Shown: positions 34,893 to 49,741 of the stretch, one piece after another
Numbering within the stretch: position 1 is the stretch's first letter
Layout: every line of letters starts with the position of its first letter
Assembly: GCA_964187785.1 (NCBI GenBank)
Contig: OZ076415.1
Location: 18,910,001-18,974,000 of the forward strand
Length of the DNA stretch: 64,000 bases
Source: Amphiscolops sp. MND2022
Lineage: Eukaryota
Direction of reading: 5' to 3'
Position numbers and translations under genes: made by a program
Notes under the pieces: generated by a model
What the model was told of the DNA's origin: nothing
Database searches by the model: none
The model's input: the letters and a program-made list of their open reading frames with translations, nothing else

Positions 34893-37800
34893 CTGATGTT
34901 TTTTCTATTTACTGTTTATGATTTTGAATTCTATTCTTGCGAAATTTTTCAATGCCCTTGGATATTTGCCTCGGAGAGTGGGTGGTAATTTAACTTGAAA
35001 TATAATGCTCATTTGAACATCTTTTCAAAATTTGAGATTGACAGTGAGAATAACATTTTGCCGCAATTAAAACTTGAAAATGCATAAGTCGGAGCCCGCT
35101 TGAGGCTCAAAACGAGGAAGTACTTCAAAGCGTCAAGATTCTCTTCAATTTTCAATTTTCCGAAAATCCCTAGAGGACCCTTTGGGCGGAAAACGCTTCC
35201 TATGGAAAACTAAAAAAACAATGAGCCTTTTGGAAAGCTTTTTTCGACAATCGCACATTTTCAAAAGTAATGTTGAGTTGCAAAAAAAACCTATTTAGTC
35301 CGAATGAGTGTGTGGAAATAAGGAGACCCTGCCGACTAATTTGCCAATTTTAAAAAATTTTGGTATTCAGCATGGAAATGGTCACTTCACTTCGGCTGGA
35401 TTGAAAAAAGATGCGATGATTAAACACTACAAGAGTAACGTTTTAAAAGGCGGGAACTGCCGAAATTGCCAACCTGTTTGAAGCCCAAAAGAACTTTTCA
35501 GATAAGCTCCATGACAATCATTATGCTAAATCCATGTTTTTTACCTTACATCCAATCCTAACTTTAGCTGTAACCGAAGTAGCACATAATTTCATTCAAT
35601 GTGAAAAGTTAACTGCATTAGTTGGAATCGAAACCCCCAATTTCTGCTTGGTAAGAGGAAAAGAAGCGCTAAAAGCGATTTTTTAACGCTGTATCCTATC
35701 TATAAACTATATATTCGATTTATCCGAAAATCGAATGGAACGTCATAAAATTGGATATAGCGCAATTGTCAATGATAGAAGTTATTTATCTGGAAACGTT
35801 TTTCATGACTTCTGAGACTGAGTGAGAGGAAAATATGATAGTTTCAATTCAACTGTATTCAGACAACAGAAAAATGATATAAAGACAAAACAAATATCAG
35901 AAATTAATGGTTATTTCACGCTGAAATACAAGAACCTGTGATTTCTTCTGACTGGAGAAGTTGCTCAAACATTTTAAGAACCTTGTTTCTAGCTTCGAAA
36001 CGTGCTTTGACTTCTATAATTTATGAATCTTGAGTTTTTAAAGGTCAACTTAGTAAGACTCAGAAGGTCGTCAATGATTAAAGGCGAGCCCTCGCTATGG
36101 GGAGACTGATTGGTGGTAACAAGGTTGAAAAAGTTGACAACAATGTCAAAAAAATGATTGGCCGATTTTTACCGCTGATCAAAACTGGTCCGAACAGGGA
36201 TACTTTGCGGTGAAACGATTTTTTCCAAACAATTTGATGAAAAAATGACAGAAGTCACACAGTGCCGAAAAACGATGAGCCTTCCTTACTTGTTTCGACG
36301 TATTTGAAAGTGTGAAGGTATCAGAGTGGGTTCTGTGAATAAACTTCGTTTTTTTCTGTACAAAAATTAAACTAAACATCTCTGCGAAAAACATCCACGA
36401 GAGAAGCCTTCAACCACTTCTACCTTTGCAAACAGTAGAAAAGAGGTACCACGTACGTTTGCATCTCAGGCGTGTGTTAATTACGGAGCAAAGTGGCAAG
36501 TACTTTCCTGCCTTCTATGACAGTTGTTTCTGGCTGAAGTTTTTTGAACTAAATTCACAAAATCACGCTCTTTGAAACAAAAGAGGCCCCCAAGCACCGA
36601 AGTCGTTTTCACCACACTCGTATTTTAAAAATATATGACGAAAGCGAGGCTTGAAAGCCCGCTACACTCCTTGAATGAGCAAAAACGTATGGCGACATCG
36701 TGCTTTAATCATCCACATTTTTCAACGTAACCAATAATAACTAAATGGAAAATATCACTAAATAGACTTTTGGAAGAATTTGGTAAAAAATAATCACAGA
36801 TGGTGGTTTCCCTTCCTCTACACAAAGAAATGTGTGAGGGCGCAAAATAACAGCACACTTTAGGCGAAACTTCGAACCTGTTATGAGGTGTCTTATGAAC
36901 AAGTGGCAAAAAGAACAGGCAGGATACACATGAAATTTCACAAATTTGTGTAGCAATTGAAACTTGTGAAAGTTTTTTATGTTCAAGGATCAAGCTTTCT
37001 TGAACACCTCGATAACGCATGAGCCCATCTGACATGTATATGGATAGTATTAGCATTAAAATACACTCGTTCTGGTAACTTTTCATCAGCAAGATAGCTT
37101 CGTAGAGTGAAATTTGACTTACCTTTCGCAAAATATTTTCATTAGGACTCTAATTCAAAACGTCTGATAGATCCATGTTATATATAGTCACATTTGTTCG
37201 TCTGTCATGCCAGCTTGATGGAAATGTTATTTCCTAAAATTTCGTAATGTTCATATTATGCCATATTTACTTTTTTTATGGGCAATATACGTTTATTGTA
37301 CTTAATCCTGTTCCCAAAGTCTGAGATGTATAATTTTTTTGTACCTGATGTTTTTTCTTTTTACTGTTTGTGATTTTGAATTCTATTCTTGCGAAATTTT
37401 TCAATGCCCTTGGATATTTGCCTCGGAGAGTGGGTGGTAATTTAACTTGAAATATAATGCTCATTTGAACATCTTTTCAAAATTTGAGATTGACAGTGAG
37501 AATAACATTTTGCCGCAATTAAAACTTGAAAATGCATAAGTCGGAGCCCGCTTGAGGCTCAAAACGAGGAAGTACTTCAAAGCGTCAAGATTCTCTTCAA
37601 TTTTCAATTTTCCGAAAATCCCTAGAGGACCCTTTGGGCGGAAAACGCTTCCTATGGAAAACTAAAAAAACAATGAGCCTTTTGGAAAGCTTTTTTCGAC
37701 AATCGCACATTTTCAAAAGTAATGTTGAGTTGCAAAAAAAACCTATTTAGTCCGAATGAGTGTGTGGAAATAAGGAGACCCTGCCGACTAATTTGCCAAT

Positions 37801-40800
37801 TTTAAAAAATTTTGGTATTCAGCATGGAAATGGTCACTTCACTTCGGCTGGATTGAAAAAAGATGCGATGATTAAACACTACAAGAGTAACGTTTTAAAA
37901 GGCGGGAACTGCCGAAATTGCCAACCTGTTTGAAGCCCAAAAGAACTTTTCAGATAAGCTCCATGACAATCATTATGCTAAATCCATGTTTTTTACCTTA
38001 CATCCAATCCTAACTTTAGCTGCAACCGAAGTAGCAATTAATTTCATTCAATGTGAAAAGTTTACTGCATTAGTTGGAATCAAAACCCCCAATTTCTGCT
38101 TGGTAAGAGGAAAAGAAGCGCTAAAAGCGATTTTTTAACGCTGTATCCTATCTATAAACTATATATTCGATTTATCCGAAAGTAAACGCAATTAGTTTGA
38201 TTGAATTAAAAAAGCCAATGATAGTAAGAACAGTGATACTGAAGTGATTTATGTATATTCACACTATACTGGTGTAATGAAGATCAACACCTCACAGGCG
38301 TAATCGTTTGACAAGAGGTATCCGAAAGTTGTGAAATGAAAATGTCTTCACATAAATGCAAACTAGTTCAGATGTTTGTGCAGTTGAAACGACACAAAAA
38401 ACACCATTGATTAGAATAAAAACTCATTTTCCTGGCAAGAGCTGAAACAAGTCAAAAACGATGTAATGAAAATTGAATGGAACGTCATAAAATTGGATAT
38501 AGCGCAATTGTCAATGATAGAAGTTATTTATCTGGAAACGTTTTTCATGACTTCTGAGACTGAGTGAGAGGAAAATATGATAGTTTCAATTCAACTGTAT
38601 TCAGACAACAGAAAAATGATATAAAGACAAAACAAATATCAGAAATTAATGGTTATTTCACGCTGAAATACAAGAACCTGTGATTTCTTCTGACTGGAGA
38701 AGTTGCTCAAACATTTTAAGAACCTTGTTTCTAGCTTCGAAACGTGCTTTGACTTCTATAATTTATGAATCTTGAGTTTTTAAAGGTCAACTTAGTAAGA
38801 CTCAGAAGGTCGTCAATGATTAAAGGCGAGCCCTCGCTATGGGGAGACTGATTGGTGGTAACAAGGTTGAAAAAGTTGACAACAATGTCAAAAAAATGAT
38901 TGGCCGATTTTTACCGCTGATCAAAACTGGTCCGAACAGGGATACTTTGCGGTGAAACGACTTTTTCCAAACAATTTGATGAAAAAATGACAGAAGTCAC
39001 ACAGTGCCGAAAAACGATGAGCCTTCCTTACTTGTTTCGACGTATTTGAAAGTGTGAAGGTATCAGAGTGGGTTCTGTGAATAAACTTCGTTTTTTTCTG
39101 TACAAAAATTAAACTAAACATCTCTGCGAAAAACATCCACGAGAGAAGCCTTCAACCACTTCTACCTTTGCAAACAATAGAAAAGAGGTACCACGTACGT
39201 TTGCATCTCAGGCGTGTGTTAATTACGGAGCAAAGTGGCAAGTACTTTCCTGCCTTCTGTGACAGTTGTTTCTGGCTGAAATTTTTTGAACTAAATTCAC
39301 AAAATTACGCTCTTTGTAACAAAAGAGGCCCCCAAGCACCGAAGTCGTTTCCACCACACTCGTATTTTAAAAATATATGACGAAAGCGAGGCTTGAAAGC
39401 CCGCCACACTCCTTGAATGAGCAAAAACGTATGGCGACATCGTGCTTTAATCATCCACATTTTTCAACGTAACCAATAATAACTAAATGGAAAATATCAC
39501 TAAGTAGACTTTTGGAAGAATTTGGTAAAAAATAATCACAGATGGTGGTTTCCCTTCCTCTACACAAAAAAATGTGTGAGGGCGCAAAATAACAGCACAC
39601 TGTAGGCGAAACTTCGAACCTGTTATGAGCTGTCTTATGAACAAGTGCCAAAAAGAATAGGCAGGATACACATGAAATTTCACAAACTTGTGTAGCAATT
39701 GAAACTTGTGAAAACTTTTTATGTTCAAGGATCAAGCCTTTTTGAACACCTCGATAACGCAAGAGCCCATCTGACATGTATATGGATAGTATTAGCGTTA
39801 AAATACACTCGTTCTGGTAACTTTTCATCAGCAAGATAGCTTTGTAGAGTGAAATTTGACTTACCTTTCGCAAAATGTCTTCATTAGGACTCTAATTCAA
39901 AACGTTTGATAGATCCATGTTATATATAGTCACATTTGTTCGTCTGTCATGCCAGCATGATGGAAATGTTATTTCCTAAAGTTTCGTATTGTTCATATTA
40001 TGCCATATTTACTTTTTTTATGGGCAATATACGTTTATTGTACTTAATCCTGTTCCCAAAGTCTGAGATGTATAATTTTTTGTACCTGATGTTTTTTCTA
40101 TTTACTGTTTGTGATTTTGAATTCTATTCTTGCGAACTTTTTCAATGCCCTTGGATATTTGCCTCGGAGAGTGGGTGGTAATTTAACTTGAAATATAATG
40201 CTCATTTGAACATCTTTTCAAAATTTGAGATTGACAGTGAGAATAACATTTTGCCGCAATTAAAACTTGAAAATGCATAAGTCGGAGCCTGCTTGAGGCT
40301 CAAAACGAGGAAGTACTTCAAAGCGTCAAGATTCTTTTCAATTTTCCGAAAATCCCTAGAGGACCCTTTAGGCGGAAAACGCTTCCTATGCAAAACTAAA
40401 AAAACAATGAGCCTTTTGGAAAGCTTTTTTCGACAATCGCACATTTTCAAAAGTAATGTTGAGTTGCAAAAAAACCCATTTAGTCCGAATGAGTGTGTGG
40501 AAATAAGGAGACCCTGCCGACTAATTTGCCAATTTTAAAAAATTTTGGTATTCAGCATGGAAATGGTCACTTCACTTCGGCTGGATTGAAAAAAGATGCG
40601 ATGATTAAACACTACAAGAGTAACGTTTTAAAAGGCGGGAACTGCCGAAATTGCCAACCTGTTTGAAGCCCAAAAGAACTTTTCAGATAAGCTCCATGAC
40701 AATCATTATGCTAAATCCATGTTTTTTACCTTACATCCAATCCTAACTTTAGCTGTAACCGAAGTAGCACATAATTTCATTCAATGTGAAAAGTTTACTG

Positions 40801-42778
40801 CATTAGTTGGAATCGAAACCCCCAAGTTCTGCTTGGTAAGAGGAAAAGAAGCGCTAAAAGCGATTTTTTAACGCTGTATCCTATCTATAAACTATATATT
40901 CGATTTATCCGAAAGTAAACGCAATTAGTTTGATTGAATTAAAAAAGCCAATGATAGTAAAAACAGTGGTACTGAAGTGATTTATGTATATTCACACTAT
41001 ACTGGTGTAAAGAAGATCAACACCTCACAGGCGTAATTGTTTGACAAGAGGTATCCGAAAGTTGTGAAATGAAAATGTCTTCACATAAATGCAAACTATT
41101 TCAGATGTTTGTGCAGTTGAAACGACACAAAAAATAAAAACTCATTTTCCTGGCAAGAGCTGAAACAAGTCAAAAACGATGTAATGAAAATTGAATGGAA
41201 CGTCATAATATTGGATATAGCGCAATTGTCAACGATAGAAGTTATTTATCTGGAAACGTTTTTCATGACTTCTGAGACTGAGTGAGAGGAAAATATGATA
41301 GTTTCAATTCAACTGTATTCAGACAACAGAAAAGTGATATCAAGACAAAACAAATATCAGAAATTAATGGTTATTTCACGCTGAAATACAAAAACCTGTG
41401 ATTTCTTCTGACTGGAGAAGTTGCTCAAACATTTTAAGAACCTTGTTTCTAGCTTCGAAACGTGCTTTGACTTCTATAATTTATGAATCTTGAGTTTTTA
41501 AAGGTCAACTTAGTAAGACTCAGAAGGTCGTCAATGATTAAAGGCGAGCCCTCGCTATGGAGAGACTGATTGGTGGTAACAAGGTTGAAAAAGTTGACAA
41601 CAATGTCAAAAAAAAGATTGGCAGATTTTTACCGCTGATCAAAACTGGTCCGAACAGGAATACTTTGCGGTGAAACGAACTTTTAAACAATTTGATGAAA
41701 AAATGACAGAAGTCACACAGTGCCGAAAAACGATGAGCCTTCCTTACTTGTTTCGACGTATTTGAAAGTGTGAAGGTATCAGAGTGGGTTCTGTGAATAA
41801 ACTTCGTTTTTTTCTGTACAAAAATTAAACTAAACATCTCTGCGAAAAACATCCACGAGAGAAGCCTTCAACCACTTCTACCTTTGCAGACAATAGAAAA
41901 GAGGTACCACGTACGTTTGCATCTCAGGCGTGTGTTAATTACGGAGCAAAGTGGCAAGTACTTTCCTACCTTCTGTGACAGTTGTTTCTGGCTGAAATTT
42001 TTTGAACTAAATTCACAAAATCACGCTCTTTGAAACAAAAGAGGCCCCCAAGCACTGAAGTCGTTTCCACCACACTCGTATTTTAAAAAAAATGACGAAA
42101 GCGAGGCTTGAAAGCCCGCCACACTCCTTGAATGGCGACATCGTGCTTTAATCATCCACATTTTTCAACGTAACCAATAATGACTAAATGGAAAATATCA
42201 CTAAATAGACTTTTGGAAGAATTTGGTAAAAAATAATCACAGATGGTGGTTTCCCTTCCTCTACACAAAGAAATGTGTGAGGGCGCAAAATAACAGCACA
42301 CTTTAGGCGAAACTTCGAACCTGTTATGAGCTGTCTTATGAACAAGTGGCAAAAAGAATAGGCAGGATACACATGAAATTTCACAAATTTGTGTAGCAAT
42401 TGAAACTTGTGAAAGTTTTTTATGTTCAAGGATCAAGCTTTCTTGAACACCTCGATAACGCATGAGCCCATCTGACATGTATATGGATAGTATTAGCGTT
42501 AAAACACACTCGTTCTGGTAACTTTTCATCAGCAAGATAGCTTCGTAGAGTGAAATTTGACTTACCTTTCGCAAAATATCTTCATTAGGACTCTAATTCA
42601 AAACGTCTGATAGATCCATGTTATATATAGTCACATTTGTTCGTCTGTCATGCCAGCATGATGGAAATGTTACTTCCTGAAATATCGTATTGTTCAAATT
42701 ATGCCATATTTACTTTTTTTATGGGCAATATACGTTTATTGTACTTAATCCTGTTCCCAAAGTCTGAGATGTATAATT
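34893..42778. repeat. Three tandem copies of a ~2.7-kb unit starting in the AK6 3' UTR
   Basis: Units start CTGATGTTTTTTCT at 34893, 37345 and 40086. Unit 1 lacks about 290 bp present in units 2 and 3. Scattered substitutions between copies. Confidence 0.95.
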
Positions 42779-45700
42779 ATTTATAAACTTATGTGCCCCT
42801 TAGATCTGGTGTTCGCTACTATATCTGCCAAAAGCAAACGCTAGTTGATTTGATGGTGTGCCAAGAAAACCGAAGAGTGAAAAGTGCCTTATCCGGTCAA
42901 CATGGACCGACGGATGTACAAAAGATGAAGTATTTTGTGAGGATAGCAAGCTCCTGACTCAGAGCGAAACTATCGTGACATCTCATCATAAATTCATCGC
43001 TTTTACTGAACCGACTCAGAACTGAAGCGGGGAACAAAAAGTTCATCGGTTTTACATCATTACTGATCAGACTTCAAAGTAATCATTACAATTGGTGCTT
43101 ACTCCAGTATTTCCAACGTGAATCGATCAGCGGATTTGATTGTTTTTCACGCAATTAGTGCATAGTTTTCTTTCTCATTCGCTTGTGAGTGGAAGTCATA
43201 TCTTAGGTATCGAATTACGAGGAGTACTAAAGTCACTCTGGAACTGGTTGTTTAGTAGTTACGCCCAAGAAAGAGAAATTGATCTTAAATCCATCACTTA
43301 ATCAGTAAGGAGTGAATGTGCTAGTTTTGATTGAACACTTTATCGTATATTCGTCAGTAACTTGACGTATTGCAATATGATGCTTTGTTAGTTGTATTTT
43401 ATGCAAAAGTTCATCGCTTTAGCGTCACTATAGTAACCAAATGTTGTGCAGGCATTTGTGAAACATGTAAAGTTATGAATAACGTGAAATTAGTTAAATG
43501 TGTTAATTGCGCATTAGTATGGGTACCCAGCGGCAAATAGCCCTACAGTTAACTCGCAATTATGAAAATAGCACCTACCCAGAGTAACCAATGGCGAAAG
43601 TTGTATTGTAAGAATTGAGTGTTACCATCCGAGCGTGACGCTCAGAATTGTTAGTCATTAAGACGTGTACCAATGCTACGATAAGTTGAAAACTTACTGA
43701 CAAGATTTGCATCTACAAAACTTAAAATCGACCTCCAAAATCCAACTTTCCATCCATTTCTGATCACCTACGGTTGCCCGATCATAATTCGTAGTAGTGC
43801 ATCTTAATCTCATCCACTTGCCACCGCTGAATATTTTCAGAACGAACTGTGTTCAGACTATTGAATTGACTTGAAAGTCTACTACAACTTCATCGTATTT
43901 TCATTGTTACTTGTGAACATATAACGCGTATTTAGTTCAGACTAGTAAAACTAAACTTCGCAGCTTACTTAAATTAGATCACAATAGAAAAATAATTCAT
44001 CGAAAAATCATTTTTATTTCAATTATTCAGCAATATCATCTCTTTTCCATCTTATGAGTTTGCAGCAGAACTCTCCGAAACGGTAAAACTATTGAGACAA
44101 CCGCCACAGAATGTTCAGATAGTTATAACGTTTTGGCCAATACCACTGATTGCAACTATGAGATTGCCAGTGAATCTGATGTAAATTCCCAAATCTCTGA
44201 AATAAAAGAAAGATATGAGAGGAAATTCAATGAACTACCTAGCGAAACTGGCTGGCGAACTGAAGGACTTTATGATCGCTATGATGAAGAAAACAAGCGG
44301 TCCTATTCAATGGAGTTTCAGATCAAGGTCCTTCAAAGTCACCTAAAAAAGGGTTCGACATCGTCAAATCTCTAACCATTTTGCGTGCTTTTTCAGGTAT
44401 CATGCCAAACTTCTGGCAGTAATTTGAGCCTGTTGCTGTCCAGAAGATGCATTTAAGTTACGTGGATTAGATACAAAGTATTTTTCGTCCCAGCTACATT
44501 CAAGTAAATTAAGAAATCACACTTTTGCAAAGCATCCCGAAAAAGATGCACATCGATGGTCAAGCAAATTTTGTTACTTTGTTAGTACCTGGTCAGCTGA
44601 CAAATACTGATGATATATACACTATCATTGGTTAGTGTTGCAATTGCTGTTGGCTGTGCAAACAATATTTTGCTTTTTGATATTGTAGATAACCATTTCC
44701 TTGCGTGGGCATATACTTGCTAAATGAAATCGAGATCCAAAGATTCTAACCGGATGAGAGAATTGACGAGAGACTGGAGGATCAAACAAAGAATTACTTG
44801 AAAAAATATAATGTTTCTGTTGTATGGTTGAGGCTTCGCATAGCCTCAATCACTACTTCTACTGAATCGATTCTGTATGTTTCGGCAGAGCAGCTTGGGC
44901 GTCACTGCATTTCCTACTGGGTGTCCTCACTTCCAATGAGATGAAACAGTTACCAATTGGGCAGCGACTATTATTCCGCATAAAAAATGATACAGCTCAA
45001 AACAGAATATGGTGACTTGAAAGATCTAGAAATACTGTAAGATACCGTTTGCCAAAACAGTTTCTGTAGCCACAGAACGCTTGTCAACTTTGCTCCTAGA
45101 GTTCATATTTTGGAGGCTTGTGTGGAGCGAACATTTGCGAGACATGAACTTGTTCATAACACTTTTGAGTGCTGAGAATCTCACTTCCTGAGTGCTGAGA
45201 AGTTACAACTTCAAATACAATTTGAAAGTCGCGTACGATGTAATAATTGTGATAGACATTGAAATTTTTCAATGTTTTGCTGTATACATACATGTAGAAA
45301 TTTTAGATAGCGAGGGCTGGAGAGATTTTCCAAGGATCTAACTCTATCAGAAAAGGTTTTTTATGATGAGTTCTTGCTTCTGCTCATAGGACTAGCTTGA
45401 CACTAGTATCTCTCCAAATTGCTCTATCGGCTCTATATTCGCAATGAGACTGTGTGTTAGAATAATCGAGTTGAAAAATCAATATAAAATCACAGAACAT
45501 GATAAAGGAAGACAATCTTCCAATTGATTACTAAACGAAGATATTTCACAATCAGGCCAACTGAATCAAACAATCGTCAAGTCCTGGACTTGTACAATTT
45601 CTGTCACTGACTCACGGAGTTAACGACGACCAGTTACTCCAGCTGGTTCGAATCTCTTTCCCCCGCCCCGAAGCTCAACTGAATTCTAGTTCTCTAACTC

Positions 45701-48700
45701 GGTTGTGTCTATTCAGATGAAGTCCAATTCCGCCTCGATTAAATTTGTTCATCGCCCGCATTTTTGTTTTACCGAAATCGCTCTTTAGGTTACATGCTTT
45801 TGGCCTCATGTTTACTTTTTCCTTTTATGGCATGGCGACGCCACTAGTTAATTTTTGCTAGACATACTTTGCCGCCAACGACAAATAATTCAACAATGGT
45901 TGTACAAATTTCAAATTTCGATATTATATCAAGTCGCCAGAGATACTTCTAATATCACGACAATTATTCAATGACCTTCAATTACATGGTTTACATGTTC
46001 TCTACGCCTAATTGGTACTTCTCGTTTATTTTGAGCACGGTGCAACGCGAATTCTCTCGCATGACTGAAACGCATAAATTATCACGCAAAGACGCTGATT
46101 TACCTGTTTTATAGTATGTTTTTCCTTATATTCCGAGATTGCATCTAAAATGACCCTGGGGTCCGTCCATGACCTTGAAGTTGATCGTTATCATCCAATG
46201 TCGCTATATGCCAAGTTATTCAGTCCTAGGGCCAATGGTCTTCGAGTTACATTATATGCGTATGGTTTGTTTACTTAAGGCGGTTACCCCCGCCTGGGTT
46301 ACAAATAAGGTTCTGTTCACGTTAGTAATCGACTATACTCCTTCTTCCGATTCGTTTGAGATTTTACAAGACAAAGTCAAAAGTCTATTATTCGGTCGGG
46401 CCGCGCGTCTGGTCGCATGTGCCTTAGACAAACATTACTTCGCGCGTGGTGGACCGATTAATGTATCTTTCAGTATATTAATTAGGGTTGCTAGGAGAAT
46501 ATCTTAGGTAGGTTTCATGATTCTCGGGTCATCTGGTGGCTAATTAGATAACAATCGGGGTTTGTTTACATAGGGTCCGTGCTCCTCCTACGTGTGCAAT
46601 CTGGTTCCGAAATTATTCGCAAACGGCTTAATATCCTATGGGTTACCAATTCCATATATAACATGATTTATTCCGTGCTTCGCCGACGAATCGGCAGGGG
46701 GTCGACCTAGGTCACTTCCGGTGCTAATAGTCCGGGACTGGGGGTCTCGACTCGATTCCGTTTTCATAGACGAGTAGCATAACAGCTCAGGTATACGTGT
46801 GACAAGTTTCAGGTCTCTACGATTGATAGTCTTTGAGAAAAACCGTTTAAGGGGGGTTTTAAAGATTGGTCCCCTTCGGTTTCCGAATATCGTGTCTTAG
46901 AATATTTTCGCTCTTAAGTGGGATTTAAAATTCGCTGTTAGAGATCATTTTTGACTTAGCCGATTCGTATCATTTCATTGTTAACATCACTCACTAGCTC
47001 ATTAATTTTGCCTAAGAAGATTTGTTTACTAAGTAAATATCTGGTTTGCGAAAAAGGCCTTATTGAAACACGCCATTGTCAGCCTTTTCAGCTCTTTTCA
47101 CTATTCCGAGGGTTTAAAACGTAATTAACCTAGTTCTGTCGATCGTACGTATTTCGCACAAAAGCAATGGGAATTTTGTAGACGTCAAAAGCTAAATTCC
47201 CACAATACAGAATTTCACGCAGCCTTGCTAATGAGTTGAAATTTAAATGAGAAAATGTTCGGTGACTGAAACCTCAGATTCGTTTGACAGCGTCTTTCAC
47301 CATCTATTTTCATAGGTCAGCGATACGGGTTTGGAACCTAAAAAGTGCCAAAGCCTTTAATTAGACCTAAAATGTGTATCGTTTTTTACGAATTTCGTGC
47401 TCCGTTGACAAAATTTCATCTACCATTTTCCTTTGCAAGTTTGTTGAACGTTACATTAAGAAGCGTTTCATGATTTTTTAAATAGTTTATTTAGCAGTTC
47501 TCTGTTATAAATGTTTTTTGATCAAAACGCAGCTTTTATTTTCCTTTGAAGCCTGTTTTGTAAGTAGGTGTTCCCCACAGCGTATAGGACGGTTCTTTTG
47601 ATTCACTAGTTATGCTATAAGTTTTTCTAGTGATAGTGTCTGAAAAAATAATTTTTGACCAAATAATTCAGAAGCTCCTAATCTCCACCCCAACCATCAA
47701 AACTTTTGACGGGAATTTTGAAATTTTTTAAACTGACCGGAAAAAGTGAAATAGTTTTCCATAACAGGAAGTTAACGTCTATTAAAATAGTTTTTTTATT
47801 TGAACAAAACATTTTTCACTCATTAGGACTGTGACAATGCTCCAATTAATTGTTCTTTGTGACTCAAAAAATCGAAGCTGTTGATTTCCTAATAAAGAAT
47901 GCGTGTCTTCAAATGGAAAAACGATGTGAACTAAGTTTGTGAATGGATTCGAAACTGATCACTGAAACTGACCGAAATGGATCACTCTCAGAATTGAAAT
48001 AAAAACGAAATAAAATTTCGTGTTTGTTTTTAAGTCTTTTTGTTATCTTTTATGTTAGTCAAGTGCAAACTAAGTTAGCCTAGTGCAATAGTTTGGGGTT
48101 TCCAGATTGTTCTGGAGGAGTTTCCTTAGCTTTGAATGATTTTTTGTTTTTGGGTTTCGCTGATAAATGTAAGTTATCTCTTATGGACTGTCTCGTTTTC
48201 CAGGGCCCACGTGCTTCAACCGTCTTTCAGCAATGCAAAACTCTTTCCTCCCTCCGTACACCTTAGTTTTTCCAAGCATCCATCAATCTCTAGGCTCTGT
48301 CTGAGCAGTTCTCTGTGAAAATAATCCTTTTATTATTCGTTCTTTTTTTGCAATCCATGCAGAGCAGATATACAAAAGAATGTCTCATAGACATTTGGTA
48401 TGCATGATGAACAATGCATAGGATGCTTTTCACGGTTCTCAGAACCACAAATGTGTCTCTGATTTCCCCTGTCTCAGGCTGTCGCCTGTGATGATGACGT
48501 CTTGGATACTGCACCAGGTCGAGGGACATGACCCCCATTTGACCCCAAAAACTATAAACTGTTTTCATTCATTCCAGCGATTAAGTACAAAAAAAATATG
48601 TATATTACCTGTAAAATTCAATGATAAAGCTTGTAAAATGGAAACCAATCAATCGCGTGCTATATTTAAAAACTTGCAATATGCAACTACTAACATTACA

Positions 48701-48711
48701 TGTAAGATTTA

Positions 48712-49489
48712 TCACATTCCGCAATGCTAGGTGTTCAGTTTCACTGGTTTTTCTGATAACCAGAATATAAAATTTCACTCACTTCATTCAAGAACTCATT
48801 AGTTGAAAGAACAGTATGTGTGAAGGAACACTCAAAAGGTAGAGTCATAATGGCATACAATTGTATGCAATTATGAAGGATTATGAAGGTTTTAATTGAA
48901 TTTAAAATGGTTCAAAATGGTATATGAAACGTGTTCAACTGGAACAGTGCTCAACTCCAGTTGACTCGGTTTTCCATATTATCTCAACTAATCAAAAGGC
49001 GCTAATCCGATTACCTTTATGTAATACAAGTACGATGTTACATCAAAAATAACAATAAACTGTTTCCGTTGTCAGAAATCTTAGAATTCTTTAAAAGATC
49101 TTGGCGGGATCATGCAATTCTTTTTTCGATATTTTCATGTCTTTTTGACAATTTTCAGAGATTTTTTTGTTGATGGGATTGTATTCTCGATATCTCGAAA
49201 TACAGATAAATCATTTGAGTTTTTCTTGGTTGCATTCGAAATTTCAGCTGCTGCGGAAGCTTTTGCAGGGATTTCCGTTAGAATTATAGGGATTACATTT
49301 TCCCCATACTTTGTTCATTGTAGGGTCTTTTCTCCAAAAGTTATGTGCTTTGATTTCTTTCAAAGCAGTGACTTGCTGTCATAATTTTCCAAGCTGCAGG
49401 GAAGTTTACTAAGATTCTACAATGCATGCACTCTGAATTTTTTGTTTCATAGAAAGTTTTCAGCATGAATCCACAGAGCATGTTAAAAG
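48712..49489. repeat. 778-bp direct duplication flanking Gypsy-2 (left copy)
   Basis: Matches 55556-55961 plus about 56696-57062. Confidence 0.9.
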
Positions 49490-49741
49490 AATAATGAACA
49501 ACAGACAAATTTAGATTAACTGTTGATAAACAATCCGTTGCTATTTTTAGTTACCATTTGTTATTGTTGTTTACTAACGACTACGTAGTTTTCTAGAATA
49601 CCCAGCTTTCATTACGATAAACTTTTGCTCTAGAGAAAACATTGGTTCATACAAACTTTTGTATTACAAGTCTAGTTCGCAGTATGCAACATGGCGCAGC
49701 CAACAATCTGAACTTACAGAAAACAAGAAACTGCGAAAAAA

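Noticed and set aside
44133-44375. Coiled-coil ORF resembling a gag N-terminus
   Set aside because: Short, no diagnostic motif, and no associated LTR or pol.
45620-45680. GGTTCGAATC B-box suggesting a tRNA
   Set aside because: No A-box or cloverleaf can be built.
49112-49384. Duplicated ORF at 49112-49384 and 56718-56957
   Set aside because: A by-product of the flanking duplication; no recognisable product.
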